DNA from: Selaginella moellendorffii
Taxonomy: Eukaryota; Plantae; Lycopodiophyta
Length of the DNA: 64,000 nt
Assembly: GCF_000143415.4 (NCBI RefSeq)
Contig: NW_003314270.1
Location: 1,044,722 to 1,108,721 of the forward strand
Direction of reading: 5' to 3'
Part shown: positions 59,211 through 64,000 of the stretch, in pieces
Layout: every line of letters starts with the position of its first letter
Position numbering within the stretch: position 1 is the first letter of the stretch
The notes under the pieces: generated by a model
Database searches by the model: none
What the model was told of the DNA's origin: nothing
The model's input: the letters and a program-made list of their open reading frames with translations, nothing else
Made by a program: the position numbers and the translations under genes

Positions 59211-60291
59211 ATGGCGGTGTCGTGGGGGATTGGCCCAACGCCATTCATTCTCACTGTTCACATCCTCGGCGTCGCTGCGGCGATTCTGGTTTTGATCTGG
59301 AGCATCAGCTACAGGGGAGGTCTCAATTGGAATGCGGTCAATAAGAACCTCGTCTTCAATGTAAGCATCTCTTCTCCGATAAGTCGTCCTCGTTTCTCTT
59401 TGTTTCTTTTGGAATTGAGTGAGAGATGAGTGAGAAAGCATTGGGTTTTTTCGTTTTTTGAGCTTCCTGTCTTCTTGGCATTGATGAGGAATGATCCAGT
59501 GACTTGTTTGGATGGACTGAGTGTCGTAAAAATCCTCTTTTGGTAAGAGGTTTTGGTTCTTTCGATTGATGAACAGTTTTGGATTTGGAACTCACTTTCC
59601 ACCTGCAGATACATCCGGTACTTATGGTCATTGGATTCATTTTCGTCTCCAGTGAGGGTACGCTTCTTTCTTTCCCGACAAAGCCAAAAAACTTAATACT
59701 TTTCCTGTTTTGTCGCAGCTATTCTAGTGTACAAGAGCGTTCCCGGCAGCAAAGTTTACAGGAAGGGCGTCCATCTGAGCTTGCAAGCCGTGGCTTTGGG
59801 CCTGGGGATCTTTGGCATTTGCGCGGCTTTCAAGTACCACAACGAGTCCAAAATCGACAACCTCTACAGCTTACACTCGTGGCTGGGCCTCGGAACCATC
59901 ATCCTCTTCGCCATTCAGGTATACATATCTTTCGTTCTTCCTCGTTTTCTAGCTTCTCATTTGGATCTTTGCATGAAATCCTTGGCAGTGGATAGCAGGA
60001 TTTGTAACTTTCTGGTATCCCGGAGCAGCCGCCAACACGCGACGATCCGTCCTCCCGTGGCACGTTTTTCTCGGCATTTTCATCTACGTTTTAGCCATCG
60101 CCAGTGCGCAGACTGGTGTTCTTGAGAAGGTGACTTTCCTGCAGACCTCCAAGGTCTTTGGCCACTACGACAACGAAGCTTACATCGCAAACTTCACTGC
60201 CCTCGCGGTGCTCTTGCTGGGCGTTTTCACCGTCTTGGGGGCTGTCATTCCCACGGCTTCAGCGGAAGAGGAGTACAGGGCTCTCGAGTGA
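59211..60291 (+). CDS. CYB561: Cytochrome b561 / transmembrane ascorbate ferrireductase, 4 coding exons
   Basis: FN|IHPVLMVIGFI, K.VHL.LQ, KYHNES.IDNLYSLHSWLG, LPWHVFLG...GVLEK.TFLQ. Confidence 0.93.
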
Positions 60292-60437
60292 AAAAGAATT
60301 ACCGCCTTTTGTACAGAGATATATGTATAGCGAGAATGGATCATCTTTAAACAAAGATATAATTTTCGCGATTGGTGTGTCTGGAAATTACACCAAATTG
60401 TCTAGACCAAGAACATATCTTACGGCTTCATACCTTG

Positions 60438-60942
60438 TTATTGTTCGACTTTGCGTTGTTCTTCCACTCCAGCTCTGGTGAGGACCAAGATTCCCAGAAT
60501 GATAAAGCACGCACCAAGAAACCACTGTCCCAAAGAGAAAAGCGTTGCGTGCTTTGCAAAATGTAACAAAATTTTTCAGCACCCACCTGAGCCGTGAGCT
60601 TTTCCCCAAACAAAAACCAGCCAGCCACTCCCGACAGGAGAAAGTTCGCCGCGAAGTTCACCACGGTGGCTTGCAACGAGGAGAGCATCACTAGACTCTG
60701 GGTGTAGCAGCTCCACATGAGAACATTACTTCCAACTGCTGCGGCATAGCACAAGAGCTTCACTTCGAACGAGATCTACACCGGATAAAGGACAAGAGCT
60801 TGTCAGGATCTCTAAAACCCTCCCTCGCGATTTCTCTTACCGATGGTGAAGCGAGCTTGGCCGCAATAGCAGCCCCGGCGGCGCAGCTCCCAGCCACCAT
60901 CGCCCATATCCAGCCGCGCTTGGATCCTTGAGTTCCAAGCAT
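60438..60942 (-). CDS. TMEM42-like small DMT/EamA membrane protein, 3 coding exons
   Basis: A..AG.CAA.A...AKL, N..MW..Y..SL....SLQATVVNFAANFLLSG..G..LFGE.L, WFLGA.FI..G. Confidence 0.8.
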
Positions 60943-61153
60943 TCTATAATAAACTCGTAACAAGAACAGAAAAATTGATTCATTCAGTACCTGATTCGCG
61001 ATGGCCTCCGCTTTTCAACAAGAAGCTACACGAAGCACAGTTAGTGAACACACCAAAGCTACAGAATCGAGCTTACTTGGTGCCAGAGTTGCTGGTTCTC
61101 CTGGTATCAAACTTGTGATGTAAAGCCCATATTACATTGATAATTGTAAGAGA

Positions 61154-64000
61154 TTACAACAAGGGGTGCGTTAAGCGCCAGTTTCGATGGGATGAAAACG
61201 ATACATTCTCATACAGTACCTAAAAGCAAGAATTCAAGCAGAGAAACAAAAAATGAACAGATATAAGTACCAGTTTTTGATCATCCCCTCCAGTGCAAAA
61301 GAAATCATCGTCAGAAGATATAGAAACCTGTGAAGTGGAAGATAATATGTAAGCAAAAAAGAGGACGAACGGTTTTGTAAAGACTCGCCGTATTGACACA
61401 TCTGGAATGACTTTGCAAATGACGGAGGCATGGTTCTCCCAGTGTAACATCCCAAAGAGCGACGCTACCATCTCCACTTGCAGTTACCAGGACAGGGGAG
61501 CTGTTAAACCAGCGAGCGTCATTTACTCCTTGGTCCCCAGCATCCACAAAGCTACACACACGAGAAGAGTTGAGAGGTCGCTCACTACCAACAAGTAAGA
61601 AAAAACCTCTTACCCCGCACGCTGACATGTGTTTTCTGCCGTAGGCATTGGCTTTCCATGGCTCAAACAGTGTAACGCCTTTGTAACCCGGGAGCCTGGG
61701 GTGGCTACCGCCAGTGGAGAGCTAACGCAGGGGTCACGGGGCTCCATTGGCATTAACCGTGTGTCCCAAACGATCGCTCTGTTTGCTGTGCAAGATGCCT
61801 GGATATATCTTCCACAGGAACTGTAAGAAACGGAAGTAACCTGGGAAACAAGTTAGATGACCTTGGCTTTGGCTGCAATGGACGGAGAAATACCTCACAA
61901 CGGGGGCCAAGAGGTAGTCTAGAGATGGCACCACAGCTCCGGATATCAAATAAGCCGATTGTTCCATCGCCTGAGCCTGTTGAAAGGAATGCATCAGCAA
62001 AGGCTAGACATATATCTCTGAGTTAATTACCTGTCACCATAACTGTTCCTGCTGGATTAGTCTTTAGGCAAGTTATATACTGTCCCAAAAAAACACGAAT
62101 CAGAAACTCTCAAGATTGGGAAGCAATATTGATTACCATGTCATTTGCTCGAAATCTACAACACTCAAGGAGCGCATCCACGTCCCAGATCTGAACAAGA
62201 CCCGAGCCATTTTGCGACGAGTCACTTCCGCATATCAGTAGGTTGTTGTTACAAAACTCCAGAGCATCCATGGGAGGCAAATCTTCCCTGGAGACAAAAA
62301 AAAAAACCATTACACTTTCAGCATTTCTACTCGAATAAAAGTATAGTTAGCTCACGTACCTGTCCTGTGAGATTAACTCTGATACAAGCGTTCCTCTTAC
62401 CACGTTCCACAAAAGCAGTTGCCGATCGCCTTGACCACCACTTGTTGCCACAAGGCCTGCAAACAACCAAAACAAGATCAGTAAAGCGAGATCCAAGAAC
62501 ATCACGAACAGCAAAACGTTACAGGATTGCGACGGATTAACAGCCATTGCAGATATTTTTTTCTTATGACCAGCCACGTTGTTTTCGTCAGAACCAGGCC
62601 CCAGAGTGTAAAGACACTCAGCAGTTGATGAATCCCATACCTGAATTTGAAAAACAATGTCAATATATACAAGACAAAACGTAGCAAGATACGACCTTCA
62701 CAGTGCTTTCAGCACATGAAACAACTAGAGACCCCTGTGAGGCATACTCCACGGCTTGGACCTGAAATTGATGCACCAAAACAACAATTATAAATAAATA
62801 AACAAATAAAGACAAGAAAATATCACATCCATCGCAAAAGAAGAAGACCGAAAAGAGCCATAAGAATGGAAAAGAAAACCTGGCAATTGTGTCCACTCAA
62901 TGCTTTAGATTTTCCAGTGATCAAGTTATAAATAAGCAGCTCGTTAGGTGCCTGCATTGCACATTAGCGAGGACCACAACCTTGGTAGAAAACAGCTTAC
63001 AGCGTTGCAACCGCAAACAATCTGTGGACTTCCACAAGGATGGAACCTAACATCCAAAACCTTTTGAAGTCCCTCCTGCTGCAAGCAAACCAAGTTAAGA
63101 GAAAATGCATCTTAAAAAAAACTATGATCACGGACTTACAGCAGGTTGCGCAAGAGCCACGCTGGAAGAGTAGGCCGACCAAGTTGGCATCCACGAAGAG
63201 AAGTAACGCTGTCCAAGCTTCACGCCAGGCGCCTTGAATCGCCTCTCAAGAGACCACCAGCCTGCCGAAAGATCACGGGCCTGTTGATTAATCCATGAAG
63301 CTTTTACAGTTCCAACTTTCGCTACCTTGGAAAGCAGCGGTCCACTTCCGGCGGCGGGGACCGATGTCCCTAGATCCACACCCAGAATTCAAGCCTGCCT
63401 CACGATCCCAAACGAGCTTGAGCGTGCTGGATCCTTTGCAACTTTGCATGTCATACTCATCTGTTACACTAAACAGGACCATTTATTCAAAAAGGAGAGA
63501 AAAAAAAATTCGGGCATTGGTCATTCTAAGTACCTGTCGAGGCATGGCTACAAGCCCACACATTAACAGATGGTTCCACTGTGGTCTCGTTCGTCACGGG
63601 CGGGCCATTCGATTGCTCCGAGTCTGAGGAAGCACTTGCTCTCCGGGACCACGAAGTCCTGCTCTTTCGCCTCTTCGTAAGCTTAAGACTTGACGTTCGA
63701 CGCCCGTCCAAGGATCCATTCCCTGCTCGCCGCTGCTCCCTAGCTTTCAAAATGAGATCCCGCAGCTTCACTTGTAACTGACAAAGCCTGCACGCAAAGT
63801 TGTCAGTACCAAGCCCATATAAACACTGCCACATACAGCTCGTATCTCCGTTTCACGACTTCTTTATCCATTGTCCACAGATGGTTGTCTTCGTCGTCAT
63901 CAGCCGGGAACGCCAGGATTCCTGAAAGCACAAGGTTGTCAACCATTCAACATAGAAAAGATGAGCTCCCCACCAGTAGTGTCCGATACGGGTTTGGACC
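61154..64000 (-). CDS. WD40-repeat protein; 5' part lies beyond the window
   Basis: WD repeats (GHKKKISAMAVNP, ATSGGQGD..LLLWN, GLVQIWD, VTASGDGSVALWD, FCTGGDDQKLVLYE) across short GT-AG introns. Stop at 61154-61156. Confidence 0.82.

Noticed and set aside
58744-59441. 219-aa minus-strand ORF
   Set aside because: Antisense shadow of the cytochrome b561 leader and first exon.

Overview
Eukaryotic land-plant genomic DNA. The tiny ~45-60 nt introns, dense gene packing and a Tat retrotransposon carrying an archaeal-type RNase H ahead of RT suggest a lycophyte such as Selaginella, but this is inference. The window has two sharply separated halves. Positions 1-32.3 kb are a nested transposon cluster: a decayed SWIM-finger ORF, a decayed gypsy element with a short 3' LTR, and a tandem hairpin array. 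A minus-strand chromovirus (A, 6138-24225) carries a 1.8-kb solo-LTR-like insert in its 3' LTR and a near-intact Tat-like element (B, 10580-19550) in its integrase. B has 187-bp LTRs, a tRNA-Trp PBS, a 4-bp TSD, an extra RNase H before RT, a degenerate native RNase H and no obvious PPT. A non-coding LARD-like relative of A (C, 24226-29344) and another decayed gypsy pol follow. Positions 34-64 kb hold about 12 compact genes: methylesterase, SMG9, PADRE/DUF4228, EFM4/METTL10, CutC, DUF7054-like, FANCJ, ABCB transporter, RGXT/MGP4 (GT77), cytochrome b561, TMEM42-like and a partial WD40 gene. The most interesting signals are element B's unusual cis-features, tandem-duplication-born in-frame 15-nt microexon candidates in RGXT, intron-like segments just downstream of the SMG9 and WD40 stop codons, a head-to-head gene pair with ATGs 42 bp apart, and a Yippee/Mis18-like C-terminal zinc module on FANCJ.
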